From positions 900,001 through 932,000 of the forward strand of contig NZ_RSDW01000001.1 in NCBI RefSeq assembly GCF_003945235.1: a stretch of DNA of 32,000 nt, written 5' to 3'. Of the stretch, positions 1-8,486 are shown piece by piece. Every line of letters begins with the position of its first letter. Positions within the stretch are counted from its first letter, which is position 1. The translations under genes and the position numbers were made by a program. This DNA comes from Edaphobacter aggregans. GTDB lineage: Bacteria; Acidobacteriota; Terriglobia; Terriglobales; Acidobacteriaceae. The notes below the pieces were generated by a model. The model ran no database searches and was not told the DNA's origin. It saw nothing but the letters and a program-made list of their open reading frames with translations.

Positions 1-1
1 A

Positions 2-439
2 GACGGTGCCGTACTCTCTGACGAGTATCTCCGCAGCGGCGAAGCCTACAGCGCATGGCTGAAAATCGTCGCCGCGCAAGGCGGAGACACCTCCCTCTTC
101 GAAGACCCCGCCACCCACCACAAACCCACCGGCACCCGGACCATCACCGCTCCACAAGACGGTTACCTCACCTCCATGGACTGCAAGCAAGTAGGCTGGG
201 CCGTCCAGCGCCTCGGAGCAGGCCGCGCTAAACCCGGCGACCCCGTCAGCGCCCACGCCGGCATCGAAATGCATGCCAAACTAGGCGACCGCATCACCGA
301 AGGACAACCCCTGGTCACCCTCTTCGCAGAAGACCCCACCCTCCTCAACGAACCCGAACACATGCTGCGCGAAACCCTCAAGATCACGCCAATGCTCGCC
401 CCAAAACAACCTCTCATCCGCGAGGTCGTCACCATGTAG
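2..439 (+). CDS. deoA: thymidine/pyrimidine-nucleoside phosphorylase, C-terminal part (5' end lies outside the window)
   Basis: The frame is open from the window edge to TAG at 437-439. The translation ...DGYLTSMDCKQVGWAVQRLGAGRAKPGDPVSAHAGIEMHAKLGDRITEGQPLVTLFAEDP... matches my memory of the C-terminal domain of thymidine phosphorylases. Codons are C-ending, as in the other + strand genes. Confidence 0.85.
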   Translation, partial: DGAVLSDEYLRSGEAYSAWLKIVAAQGGDTSLFEDPATHHKPTGTRTITAPQDGYLTSMDCKQVGWAVQRLGAGRAKPGDPVSAHAGIEMHAKLGDRITEGQPLVTLFAEDPTLLNEPEHMLRETLKITPMLAPKQPLIREVVTM

Positions 440-447
440 CTCAGGGT

Positions 448-915
448 TCAATGACTGGTGATGATCAACTCTCCATAGGTCGTCTCGCACATCCCGTAGA
501 TCGCTCCAGACACGCACGCACCAGCAGAGTATTTGTAGCACCCAGGCGTCTTTGCCACGACCGTAACATCCTTGGCCGACCCGCCAATGATCGCCCCATC
601 CGGATCGAATGCGGCTATCGGTCCGACATCAACAAGGAAGCCGGTATTCCTCCCCGTACTTTTCCAGATCACCTTGGTGCCCGGCTTCAGGCAGAATAGC
701 GAACCACTCTTTGCGTCGGGAATACTTGGTGTAGAGGAAGCCGAATTCCCGGTCCGTTTCACATTCACAGTACACGGCTCCGTAGCAGATCCGCACGTAT
801 TGCTAGCAGTACAGAGCTGCTCCGGGTGTGCTTCCTTGCAAGCGTACTTGTTCTTCGATTGCGCCATGGCAGATGCAGCCAGAACGAGGGGGAACGCGAA
901 CACAGCGCACCGCAT
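448..915 (-). CDS. small secreted cysteine-rich protein, unknown function
   Basis: The ORF is 448..951. I prefer the ATG at 915, which has AAGGA upstream, over the GTG at 951, which has no SD. That start gives the signal peptide MRCAVFAFPLVLAASAMA-Q. The mature part contains 8 Cys. I do not recognise a family. Confidence 0.6.
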   Translation of the reverse strand: MRCAVFAFPLVLAASAMAQSKNKYACKEAHPEQLCTASNTCGSATEPCTVNVKRTGNSASSTPSIPDAKSGSLFCLKPGTKVIWKSTGRNTGFLVDVGPIAAFDPDGAIIGGSAKDVTVVAKTPGCYKYSAGACVSGAIYGMCETTYGELIITSH

Positions 916-1040
916 TGCGAAACATCCTTGATTAATCAAAGCGTGCCTCACGAGATTAATTTTTCAAAACGGCCCGCATTGCTGGAATGGCTACCGCCAA
1001 ACGAAGCCCCATAACCTTCGCGCGAACTCAAATCGCCGAA

Positions 1041-1643
1041 CTAGTTCTCACCTTTAGTTCCAGCCCAATCAATAATCCCGCTAAGTCTCCACGCGTTTTG
1101 ACGCAGTTCGATTTGGAGCTGTCCTTCTTTATCGATGACCAACTGAGCTGCCGGATACAAAATGCCCGAACTCTTGCCCTTGTCCTTATCGTTCAGGTCG
1201 AACTCACCCGCCGTCAGGTTGAACGCCTGTGATTGAGAGTCGGCCCATGCTTCGCCAAACCTGATCTGCCGGTTGGTGACGAAGCGGATCTTCCGTCCAG
1301 TCGGAGTCGGAATTTCCCGAATGAAGCTGAGGTCATAACCAAGAGTCCCCGTAATTGCTATCCGACCCACTGCGGGCATCTTGCTCAGAGCATTCACCAA
1401 TCCCTGATTTTGGCCTTTCATGTAGGCCTCCACCAGAGCTTGCCGGCTCTCCTCTGTCGAAAATTCGAAAATCATGACCTTAATTCCGATGTTCTGGCCC
1501 ATCTGTGTACTGGTGCCGAATGCCTGGGCTTCAATCGTTTCGTATTTATCTCTCGCGAAACCCGTAGTAGCCGCGATCGATAGTAGAACCACAACCAACA
1601 CGCCCTTTGCCGTAAGCAATAGAAGTTTTGCCGCTCTGGTCAT
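1041..1643 (-). CDS. hypothetical secreted or membrane-anchored protein
   Basis: The ORF is 1041..1685. The ATG at 1643 is preceded by GGAG about 7 nt upstream and gives MTRAAKLLLLTAKGVLVVVLLSIAATTGFA, a signal or anchor sequence. No family recognised. Confidence 0.6.
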   Translation of the reverse strand: MTRAAKLLLLTAKGVLVVVLLSIAATTGFARDKYETIEAQAFGTSTQMGQNIGIKVMIFEFSTEESRQALVEAYMKGQNQGLVNALSKMPAVGRIAITGTLGYDLSFIREIPTPTGRKIRFVTNRQIRFGEAWADSQSQAFNLTAGEFDLNDKDKGKSSGILYPAAQLVIDKEGQLQIELRQNAWRLSGIIDWAGTKGEN

Positions 1644-1865
1644 ATTTCGCTCCAGTCTCGCGGTGTTGGCCCTCACCGAAATCATTCCATTTTCTGGGGA
1701 GGATTATAGGCTTCTCAATCCAATCGCGAACAATCAGAGCCATTAGTTTCGAGTAAACGACGGATGAACAACGTCGGCCCTGAAAATTCCATTGCACAGG
1801 ACCATCCATCCACGGCGTCAACTATTCCCTGCCCTTCTATAGAAGGCTCAAAGCATACAACTAAG

Positions 1866-1900
1866 GGGTGCCCCACATCTCGATTCAGAGATGTGGGTTT
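1866..1900. repeat. REP-like palindromic hairpin: CCCACATCTC-GATTCA-GAGATGTGGG followed by TTTT
   Basis: A perfect 10-bp stem spans 1872-1881 and 1888-1897. The 5' flank GGGTGCCCCA is shared with the hairpin at 8487-8528. It lies 25 nt downstream of the stop of the - strand gene 1923..2627. Confidence 0.55.
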
Positions 1901-1922
1901 TCCAAGACGCCGAATAACGCCA

Positions 1923-2627
1923 CTAAGGCGTAGTCATCTTCAGATTCGTCACTACCGCATCCGTATTGTGCGCGAACCGAAGCCCGTACACACCATCGGT
2001 CGACTTCAGCTTCCCCGCCGTCACCAGTTCCGACTTATCAAACGTCTTGACCACAGTCCCATTGATGATGCACGACACCTTGTCGCCCTTCACCTGCATC
2101 GCAATGTCCTGCGTCACCGGCTGCCCCGGCCCCGCCGCTTTATGAACCGCGTCACTCGCCTCGCGCCTTCCATTCATCTGGAACGCATCCGGCCCAAACC
2201 CGCGTACGATAAAGTTCCCACTCCCATAAGCCGCACAGTACAGATAGCTTTGCTGGCCTGTCCCCAGATCATTGCCCGCAATCACAATCCCATAAGGATG
2301 CGGATGCGTATTCAGGTTCATAAACTTCGGCTCAGTAAATGTAGCCGACACCGTGTAATCGCCCTTGGCCACATTCTTCGGATTCCAGTACGTGATCGCC
2401 GGCCCCGTCGTCACCTTAAGGTCCTTGCCCTCCATCACGAGCTTCGCATCACTCACTGTCTGCCCGGCCTTCTCAGCGTCAGGGTCAATCTTTCCCTGCC
2501 AGCCCGTCGCCTGAATGCCGCCCCCTGCGACCTTGCGGTTAGTATCCGGCGACTCCTGCCCATAAACCAGACCACTCAAAACAAACGCCACAGCGGCAAC
2601 TCGAATCACAGTCGGAACGCGGTACAT
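1923..2627 (-). CDS. secreted protein, possibly ConA/LamG-like (DUF1080-like) fold
   Basis: The ATG at 2627 has AAGGAG 5 nt upstream. The signal peptide is MYRVPTVIRVAAVAFVLSGLVYG-Q. The beta-rich sequence with the ...GDKVSCIINGTVV...GVYGLRFAHN... pattern resembles lectin-like jelly rolls. The fold call is tentative. Confidence 0.6.
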   Translation of the reverse strand: MYRVPTVIRVAAVAFVLSGLVYGQESPDTNRKVAGGGIQATGWQGKIDPDAEKAGQTVSDAKLVMEGKDLKVTTGPAITYWNPKNVAKGDYTVSATFTEPKFMNLNTHPHPYGIVIAGNDLGTGQQSYLYCAAYGSGNFIVRGFGPDAFQMNGRREASDAVHKAAGPGQPVTQDIAMQVKGDKVSCIINGTVVKTFDKSELVTAGKLKSTDGVYGLRFAHNTDAVVTNLKMTTP

Positions 2628-2664
2628 GGAAACTCCTTCGCAACCTAAAGTAGGAACAGCCCGA

Positions 2665-2967
2665 TTATATCCAGCCGCCCGCCACAGCCCCCACCACCAG
2701 AAAAGGTTCCTTCCCTTTCACCACCGCTTCCGGCAAAGGCGCATCCGGCGACTCATGTGACAAATCCTCCTCACACGCAAAGAACCGCAAAAACGCGCGC
2801 CGCTGCAGCGTCCCATGCTCCCGAATCGTCCCGCACAACATGGGATACTGAGCCTCCAGCGCGTCGAGCACCGAACGCTGCGTCACCTCGCCCACCACAT
2901 CGAGCGTCACCTCGCCACTCACCCTCGCAAGCGTCCGCAAATGCGCCGGAAGCACCACACGAATCAT
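2665..2967 (-). CDS. MoaD/ThiS-family beta-grasp protein
   Basis: The protein is 100 aa: [24 protein letters not shown]...[39 protein letters not shown]. Its length, the N-terminal beta-strand pattern and the near-terminal GG are typical of MoaD/ThiS-like proteins. Its start overlaps the upstream stop in ATGA at 2964-2967. Confidence 0.75.
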   Translation of the reverse strand: MIRVVLPAHLRTLARVSGEVTLDVVGEVTQRSVLDALEAQYPMLCGTIREHGTLQRRAFLRFFACEEDLSHESPDAPLPEAVVKGKEPFLVVGAVAGGWI

Positions 2968-4100
2968 GACAGCGTCTGCGACCCCGAAGACAACGTCTGC
3001 ACCTCAACCGATAGCACCGCCGGCAAATCCCGCACAATCGGCATCCAGCTGCTGCCACCATCCGGCGAACAGTACACCTGCCCGCCCGTCGTCCCGAAGT
3101 ACACCCCGCACTCCTCCAGCGAATCTACCGACATCGCATCGCGCAGCACATTCACATAGCAATCGCTCTGCGGCAGCCCCTTCGTAAGCGGCTCCCACTC
3201 ATTCCCGCCCGTCTTACTGCGATACACCCGCAGCTTCCCGTCCAGCGGATAGTGCTCCGAGTCGCTCTTGATCGGCACTACAAAAATCGTCTCCGGTTCA
3301 TGCGCATGAACATCGATCGCGAACCCATAATCCGTCGGCAGATTCCCGCTCACCTCCTGCCACGAATCACCCGCATTATCACTCCTCATCACATCCCAGT
3401 GCTTCTGCATAAACAAAGTGCCGGGCCGTGACGGATGCATCGCAATATGATGAACGCAATGCCCCACCTCAGCCGTCGGATCGGGAATATGCTCCGACCG
3501 CAGCCCCTGATTAATCGGCCGCCACGTCTTCCCGCCATCGTCCGTCCTGAAAGCCCCCGCAGACGAGATCGCTATATAGATCCGCGCAGCATCACTCGGA
3601 TCCAGAATGATCGTGTGCAGACACATTCCGCCCGCACCCGGCTGCCAATGCGGTCCCGAGCCATGCCCGCGCAAACCTGACAGCTCCTCCCAATTCTTCC
3701 CGCCATCACTCGACCGAAACAAAGCAGCATCTTCCACACCGGCATACACCGTCTCCGCATCCGTCAGCGAAGGCTCCAGATGCCAGACTCGCTTGAACTC
3801 CCACGGATGTGGCGTCCCGTCATACCACTGATGCGTCCCCGGAACACCGTCGTAAGCAAACTTGTTCCCCATCTGCTCCCACGTCTTGCCGCCGTCATTC
3901 GATCGCTGAATAATCTGCCCAAACCACCCGCTCGACTGCGACGCATACAAACGGTTCGGATCGACCGGCGACCCCTTGACGTGATAGATCTCCCATCCGG
4001 CAAAGTGCGGTCCACTGATCTCCCACTTCTCGCGCTTCCCATCCGACGTCAAAACAAACGCGCCCTTCCGCGTCCCAACCAATACCCGTACCTTGCTCAT
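2964..4100 (-). CDS. BNR/Asp-box repeat beta-propeller protein with no signal peptide
   Basis: The protein is 378 aa, with AAGGAG 6 nt upstream of the ATG at 4100. It carries six Asp-box-like motifs: [48 protein letters not shown]. The N-terminus [15 protein letters not shown] is not a signal peptide. Confidence 0.85.
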   Translation of the reverse strand: MSKVRVLVGTRKGAFVLTSDGKREKWEISGPHFAGWEIYHVKGSPVDPNRLYASQSSGWFGQIIQRSNDGGKTWEQMGNKFAYDGVPGTHQWYDGTPHPWEFKRVWHLEPSLTDAETVYAGVEDAALFRSSDGGKNWEELSGLRGHGSGPHWQPGAGGMCLHTIILDPSDAARIYIAISSAGAFRTDDGGKTWRPINQGLRSEHIPDPTAEVGHCVHHIAMHPSRPGTLFMQKHWDVMRSDNAGDSWQEVSGNLPTDYGFAIDVHAHEPETIFVVPIKSDSEHYPLDGKLRVYRSKTGGNEWEPLTKGLPQSDCYVNVLRDAMSVDSLEECGVYFGTTGGQVYCSPDGGSSWMPIVRDLPAVLSVEVQTLSSGSQTLS

Positions 4101-4268
4101 ACCGCACTCCTTTCCGAACTTTCCTCATAATCGATACGATCATCCGCCCGCCTGGTTCGAGTCAATGTATCACCTCTATCCCAAGGAAATCCTAGGTGGC
4201 ACCGCCTTTTAACCATTACACTCAGCAGATAGCCACATCACCGTAACAAGCGCAGGAGAGCAAACCCT

Positions 4269-5507
4269 TTGGCACGATTCACCGGTCTTCTCGGACTCAT
4301 CACCTTCCTCTCCCTCGCCTACGCTTTCTCCACCAACCGCCGCGCGATCAAGTGGCGCACCGTAGTCTGGGGCCTCGGCCTCCAGATCTTCTTCGCCTTC
4401 CTCGTCATCAAGTGGACCTATGGCCAGACCCTCCTCCACAAAGCCAGCGTAGCCGTCACAGCCCTGCTCAGCCACGCCGTCGACGGCTCCTCCATGGTCT
4501 TCGGCCCCCTCGGAACCCCCGGCAACCCCCTCGCCGTCTTCGCCTTCGCCGTCCTGCCGACCATCATCTTCATCTCGGCCTTCTTCGCCATCCTCTATCA
4601 CATAGGCTTCATGCAGCAGGTCATCCGCGTCGTCGCATGGATCATGCAGCGCACCATGGGCACCAGCGGCGCCGAGTCCACCAACGTCGCCGCCAGCATC
4701 TTCATGGGCCAGACCGAAGCCCCCCTCACCATCCGCCCCTTCCTCAGCGGAGCCACCCGCTCCGAACTCATGACCATCATGACCTCCGGCATGGCCCACG
4801 TCTCCGGCGGAATCATGGCGGCCTACATCAGCTTCGGCATCAACGCCCAGGACCTTCTCTCCGCCGTCATCATGACCGCCCCCGGCACGATCCTCGTCGC
4901 CAAGATGCTCGTCCCCGAGACCGAGGTCCCCGCCACCGCCGGCACCGTCCACATGCCCCCCAACGAGGAGCACAAAAACGACAACTTCATCGCCGCCATC
5001 GCCCGCGGCACCATCGACGGCGGCCAACTCGCCTTCAATGTAGCCATCATGCTCATCAGCTTCCTCGCGCTGGTCGGTCTGCTCAACGCCATGATGCTGG
5101 GCATCAGCAACTTCCTCTGGGCCCACGGCCACATCCCCTTCCCGCACTCCCTTAACAGCGTCCTCGGCGTCATCGGAGCCCCCGTAGCGTGGCTCATCGG
5201 CATCCCCTGGCACGAAGCCCCCGCCATCGGCAACCTCCTCGGCACCCGCGCCGTCCTCAACGAGTTCGTCGCCTACACCCAGCTAGGTCTGCAGAAATCC
5301 ACCCTTACCCCACGCACCTTCTCCATCGCGACCTTCGCCCTCTGCGGCTTCGCGAACATCGGCAGCATCGGTATGCAGATCGGCGGCATCGGAGCACTCG
5401 CCCCCAACCGCCGCAACGACCTTGCCCAACTAGGCCTCCGCGCCATGCTCGCCGGAACCATGGCCAACCTGATGTCCGCCAGCATCGTCTCCATGCTCAT
5501 CCACTAG
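4269..5507 (+). CDS. nupC: NupC/CNT-family nucleoside transporter
   Basis: The protein is 412 aa and polytopic. It contains ...IFMGQTEAPLTIRPFL...MTSGMAHVSGGIMAAYI...NEFVAYTQL..., which is typical of concentrative nucleoside transporters. It has a TTG start with GGAGAG about 8 nt upstream, so the exact start is uncertain. Confidence 0.9.
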   Translation: MARFTGLLGLITFLSLAYAFSTNRRAIKWRTVVWGLGLQIFFAFLVIKWTYGQTLLHKASVAVTALLSHAVDGSSMVFGPLGTPGNPLAVFAFAVLPTIIFISAFFAILYHIGFMQQVIRVVAWIMQRTMGTSGAESTNVAASIFMGQTEAPLTIRPFLSGATRSELMTIMTSGMAHVSGGIMAAYISFGINAQDLLSAVIMTAPGTILVAKMLVPETEVPATAGTVHMPPNEEHKNDNFIAAIARGTIDGGQLAFNVAIMLISFLALVGLLNAMMLGISNFLWAHGHIPFPHSLNSVLGVIGAPVAWLIGIPWHEAPAIGNLLGTRAVLNEFVAYTQLGLQKSTLTPRTFSIATFALCGFANIGSIGMQIGGIGALAPNRRNDLAQLGLRAMLAGTMANLMSASIVSMLIH

Positions 5508-5557
5508 TCGGATAGGCAGGAGGGCTTTCGTCTCGTCATGATGTTCTAATAGCTGGC

Positions 5558-6955
5558 ATGTTCCTCAAACAGTACTACCTCGGCTGCCTCGCCCACGCCT
5601 CGTATCTGATCGCCGACGAAGCCAGCGCCACCGCAATCGTGGTCGACCCGCAGCGCGACATCCAGCAATACATCGACGACGCCGAAAAACTCGGCGTACA
5701 GATCCGACACGTCTTCCTCTCTCACTTCCACGCCGACTTCATCGCCGGCCATCTCGAGCTGCGCGACCGCTGCGGAGCAGACATCCGTCTCGGCTCCCGA
5801 GCACAAGCCGAGTACAAATTCATCCCCATGAAAGACGGTGACACCCTCGACCTCCCCGGCCTCCGTCTCCAGATCCTCGAGACCCCCGGCCACACCATCG
5901 AGTCCATCTCGATCCTCGTCTTCGACCTCCAAAAGTCCCACGACAAACCCTACGCCGTCCTCACCGGAGACACCCTCTTCATCGGCGACGTCGGCCGCCC
6001 CGACCTCCGCGCCTCTCTCGGCTGGACCGCCCAGGAACTCGGCGGCCATCTCTACGACTCGCTCCACAACAAGCTCCTGCCCCTCCCCGACGACACCCTC
6101 GTCTACCCAGCCCACGGCGCCGGCTCTCTCTGCGGAAAGAACATCTCCTCTGACACCGTCTCCACCCTCGGCGATCAGCGTCGCTTCAACTACGCCCTGC
6201 AGCCCATGACCAAGGAGCAGTTCATCCGCATCGTCGCCGCCGACCAACCCGACGCCCCAGCCTACTTCACCTACGACGCCATCCTCAACACCCGCGAGCG
6301 CGCCACTCTCGAAAAATCCCTCGAACAGGTGCTGCAACCGATCGAACTCGATGAAGTTCTTCGCATGGGCGACACCGGCTCTCAAATTCTCGACGTCCGC
6401 GACGCCGCCGAATACGCCAAAGGACACCTCGCCGGCAGCATCAACATCGGCCTTGGCGGTCAGTACGCCACCTGGGCCGGCTCTGTCCTGAACTCCACCA
6501 AACCCATCGTCATCATCGCCGAGCCGGGGCGCGAACAGGAGGCCGCCCTCCGACTCGGACGCATCGGGTTCGATCACGTCAAAGGCTACCTCAAACATGG
6601 AATGGGAGCTCTAGCCGAACGCCAGGACCTCGTCTGGCCCACCGAGCGCGTAAGCCCGCCCATGCTGGCCGAAGAGCTCTCCTCCCAAGATCCCCCCGTA
6701 GTCATCGACATCCGCACGCCTCGCGAATGGAACGTCGGACACCTCAACGGCAGCATCAACGTTCCGCTCGCCCATCTCCAGCAGCGCATGGACGAGGTCC
6801 CACACGACCGCAGAATCGCCGTCCACTGCGCCGGCGGATACCGCTCCTCCATTGCCGCCAGCATCCTCCACCAACACGGCATCACCAACCTGATCGAGCT
6901 TGCAGGCGGCATCACGGCGTGGGAGGCGGCAAAACTCCCAGTGATTACCAGCTAA
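5558..6955 (+). CDS. MBL-fold metallo-hydrolase (persulfide-dioxygenase-like) fused to two rhodanese-like domains
   Basis: The MBL motifs are SHFHADFIAG, ETPGHT, TGDTLFIGDVGRPDL and YPAHGAGS. The first rhodanese-like domain has IIAEPGREQEA with no active-site Cys. The second has VHCAGGYRSS, which looks like a catalytic loop. Confidence 0.85.
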   Translation: MFLKQYYLGCLAHASYLIADEASATAIVVDPQRDIQQYIDDAEKLGVQIRHVFLSHFHADFIAGHLELRDRCGADIRLGSRAQAEYKFIPMKDGDTLDLPGLRLQILETPGHTIESISILVFDLQKSHDKPYAVLTGDTLFIGDVGRPDLRASLGWTAQELGGHLYDSLHNKLLPLPDDTLVYPAHGAGSLCGKNISSDTVSTLGDQRRFNYALQPMTKEQFIRIVAADQPDAPAYFTYDAILNTRERATLEKSLEQVLQPIELDEVLRMGDTGSQILDVRDAAEYAKGHLAGSINIGLGGQYATWAGSVLNSTKPIVIIAEPGREQEAALRLGRIGFDHVKGYLKHGMGALAERQDLVWPTERVSPPMLAEELSSQDPPVVIDIRTPREWNVGHLNGSINVPLAHLQQRMDEVPHDRRIAVHCAGGYRSSIAASILHQHGITNLIELAGGITAWEAAKLPVITS

Positions 6956-6980
6956 ATCCGATACGCCTGTCGCCGATCCT

Positions 6981-7011
6981 TAAAATAGAAAGGCACGGCT
7001 TCAGCCGTGCC
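6981..7011 (-). terminator. Rho-independent terminator candidate, functional orientation on the - strand
   Basis: The hairpin is GGCACGGC-TTCA-GCCGTGCC (6992-7011, perfect 8 bp). On the - strand it is followed by TTTCTATTTTA. It lies 43 nt downstream of the small - strand ORF 7054..7164. On the + strand no T-tract follows. Confidence 0.55.
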
Positions 7012-7053
7012 ACGCCCCAAACCCAGGAGCGCCTGCTCTTCGAGCACCTTTCT

Positions 7054-7164
7054 TCAGATCTTTGGCGAAAACGTCACCAGAATCGTGACGAAGAGCAACC
7101 CAAAAAGAATCAGCAGCGGTTGCCACCACCGATCCAACCAAGACGATTCACTCGACGAGCTCAT
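7054..7164 (-). CDS. 36-aa single-pass membrane protein, below the ORF-track length cutoff
   Basis: The protein is MSSSSESSWLDRWWQPLLILFGLLFVTILVTFSPKI. GGAGGA lies 8 nt upstream of the ATG at 7164, the stop is TGA at 7054-7056, and a terminator hairpin follows. I translated it by hand. Confidence 0.4.
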   Translation of the reverse strand: MSSSSESSWLDRWWQPLLILFGLLFVTILVTFSPKI

Positions 7165-7638
7165 CTCAACATCCTCCTTCCCCGATCCTAACTGAGAACG
7201 AAGCCACTCTCAATCTTCTCCTCGCAATCGCGGTTATGCAGTACCCGCCATCACCGCAGCCCCAACAGCAGAACTCACGGCTTCGTCGTCATCGCAAAAT
7301 CTGTCAAGCCCATCGCCTGCGGAAAACACATCTTCAAGCCCACATAAAACCGCATCAATCCAGCGATTCGAAGTCTGAAAAGAAATCCTCAAAACCTGCC
7401 AAATGATTTCCCTCAACTCGCTAAACTGTTAATAGAAGTAATTCCGACCAATTTTTTTAGACACGAGGAAAGGTAAACCCTAAAACCTTTATTTGGAATA
7501 CTTTGTGGAACGACCGCGAATAGAATCAATACCTCGCAAGCGAAGTATAACAGTAAGTCTTTTATCTCCAAGACTTTAGACCAAACAAGATAGCCAGGGG
7601 ATACCGCTTCAAGCTTCAGCCGGGACTAGGAACCGCCA

Positions 7639-8475
7639 ATGACCGATCTCTACTCGCAAGCCCAATCCGCAGCCGAATACATCCGCAGTAAGGTCTCGTT
7701 CCGACCAGAAATCGCCATCATCCTCGGCTCCGGCCTCGGCAACTTCGCCTCGCAAGTCGAGAACCCCACCATCATCCCCTACGCCGACATCCCCAACTTC
7801 CCCCAATCCACCGTAGTCGGCCACTCCGGCAAACTCGTCCTCGGCACCATCGCAGGAATTCCAATAGCTGTCATGCAGGGCCGCGTCCACGCCTACGAGG
7901 GCTACTCGATGGCCCAGGTCACCTTTCCCACCCGCGTCCTCGCCCTCCTCGGCGTCCAGCAGCTCATCGTCACCAATGCCGCTGGCGGCATCAACACCCG
8001 CTACGGTCAGGGAGCCATCGTAGTCATCTCCGACCACATCAACCTAACCGGCACCAACGCCGCCCTCGGCACCAACGATCCCCGCTTCGGCCAGCGATTC
8101 TTCGACATGTCCGCTGCATACTCCCCCGCTCTGCGCAAGCTAGCCATCGCCGAAGCCGGAAAACAAGGATGGACTCTCGACGAAGGCGTCTATCTCGCCG
8201 TCCTGGGCCCCAGCTACGAGACCCCTGCCGAAATCCGCGCCTTCCGCACCCTCGGCGCCGACCTGGTCGGCATGTCCACCGTCCACGAGGTCATCGTCGC
8301 CCGCCACATGGGCATCGAAATCCTCGGCCTCTCCGTAGTCACCAACATGGCCGCCGGAGTCCTGGACGAACCCATCAACCACGAAGAGGTCATGGAGATA
8401 GGCCGTCGCATCGAAGACCAGTTCACCACCCTCCTCACAGCCCTGATCCCCCAACTAGCAATCCAAACCAAATAG
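7639..8475 (+). CDS. punA: purine nucleoside phosphorylase (trimeric PNP/PunA type)
   Basis: The protein is 278 aa. It contains ...IILGSGLG...GHSGKLVLG...RVHAYEGY...TNAAGG...GPSYETPAEIR...GADLVGMSTVHEV...VTNMAAG, which are canonical PNP family-1 motifs. Confidence 0.9.
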   Translation: MTDLYSQAQSAAEYIRSKVSFRPEIAIILGSGLGNFASQVENPTIIPYADIPNFPQSTVVGHSGKLVLGTIAGIPIAVMQGRVHAYEGYSMAQVTFPTRVLALLGVQQLIVTNAAGGINTRYGQGAIVVISDHINLTGTNAALGTNDPRFGQRFFDMSAAYSPALRKLAIAEAGKQGWTLDEGVYLAVLGPSYETPAEIRAFRTLGADLVGMSTVHEVIVARHMGIEILGLSVVTNMAAGVLDEPINHEEVMEIGRRIEDQFTTLLTALIPQLAIQTK

Positions 8476-8486
8476 CGCCACAATCG

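Noticed and set aside
436-470. A tRNA-like string, GTAGCTCAGGGTTCAATGA, right after the deoA stop.
   Set aside because: It resembles a D-arm or T-arm fragment. No acceptor stem, anticodon arm or GTTCGAATC-type T-loop can be folded around it, and it overlaps the 3' end of the - strand ORF 448..915.
1764-2648. A 294-aa ORF on the + strand overlapping the secreted-protein gene 1923..2627.
   Set aside because: The Arg/Pro/His-rich composition is typical of the C-rich antisense frame. It has no SD or recognisable domain, and the opposite-strand ORF has an SD, a signal peptide and a coherent fold pattern.
4197-4212. A sigma-54-like element, TGGCAC-N5-TTTA, 57 nt upstream of nupC.
   Set aside because: The -24 half matches, but the -12 element lacks the conserved GC (TTTA instead of TTGC). 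No enhancer-binding protein gene is nearby.
4209-5213. A 334-aa ORF on the - strand opposite nupC, with a similar 350-aa ORF at 5546..6598 opposite the MBL gene.
   Set aside because: The sequence is Gly/Asp/Glu/Val/Ala-rich and low in complexity, with no motifs, and lies fully antisense to genes that have clear family signatures. It is the expected by-product of the G-rich, stop-poor - strand.
7236-7406. A 56-codon + strand ORF encoding a very basic Gln/Pro/His/Lys-rich peptide (MQYPPSPQPQQQNSRLRRHRK...).
   Set aside because: It has no SD, its composition mirrors the strand bias, and I recognise no family. It overlaps the equally doubtful - strand ORF 7234..7416.
7234-7416. A 60-aa - strand ORF from the track (MREIIWQVLRISF...).
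   Set aside because: It needs a TTG start with no SD and has no hydrophobic or motif features. It sits in the low-GC spacer. I cannot support it, though I cannot fully exclude it.
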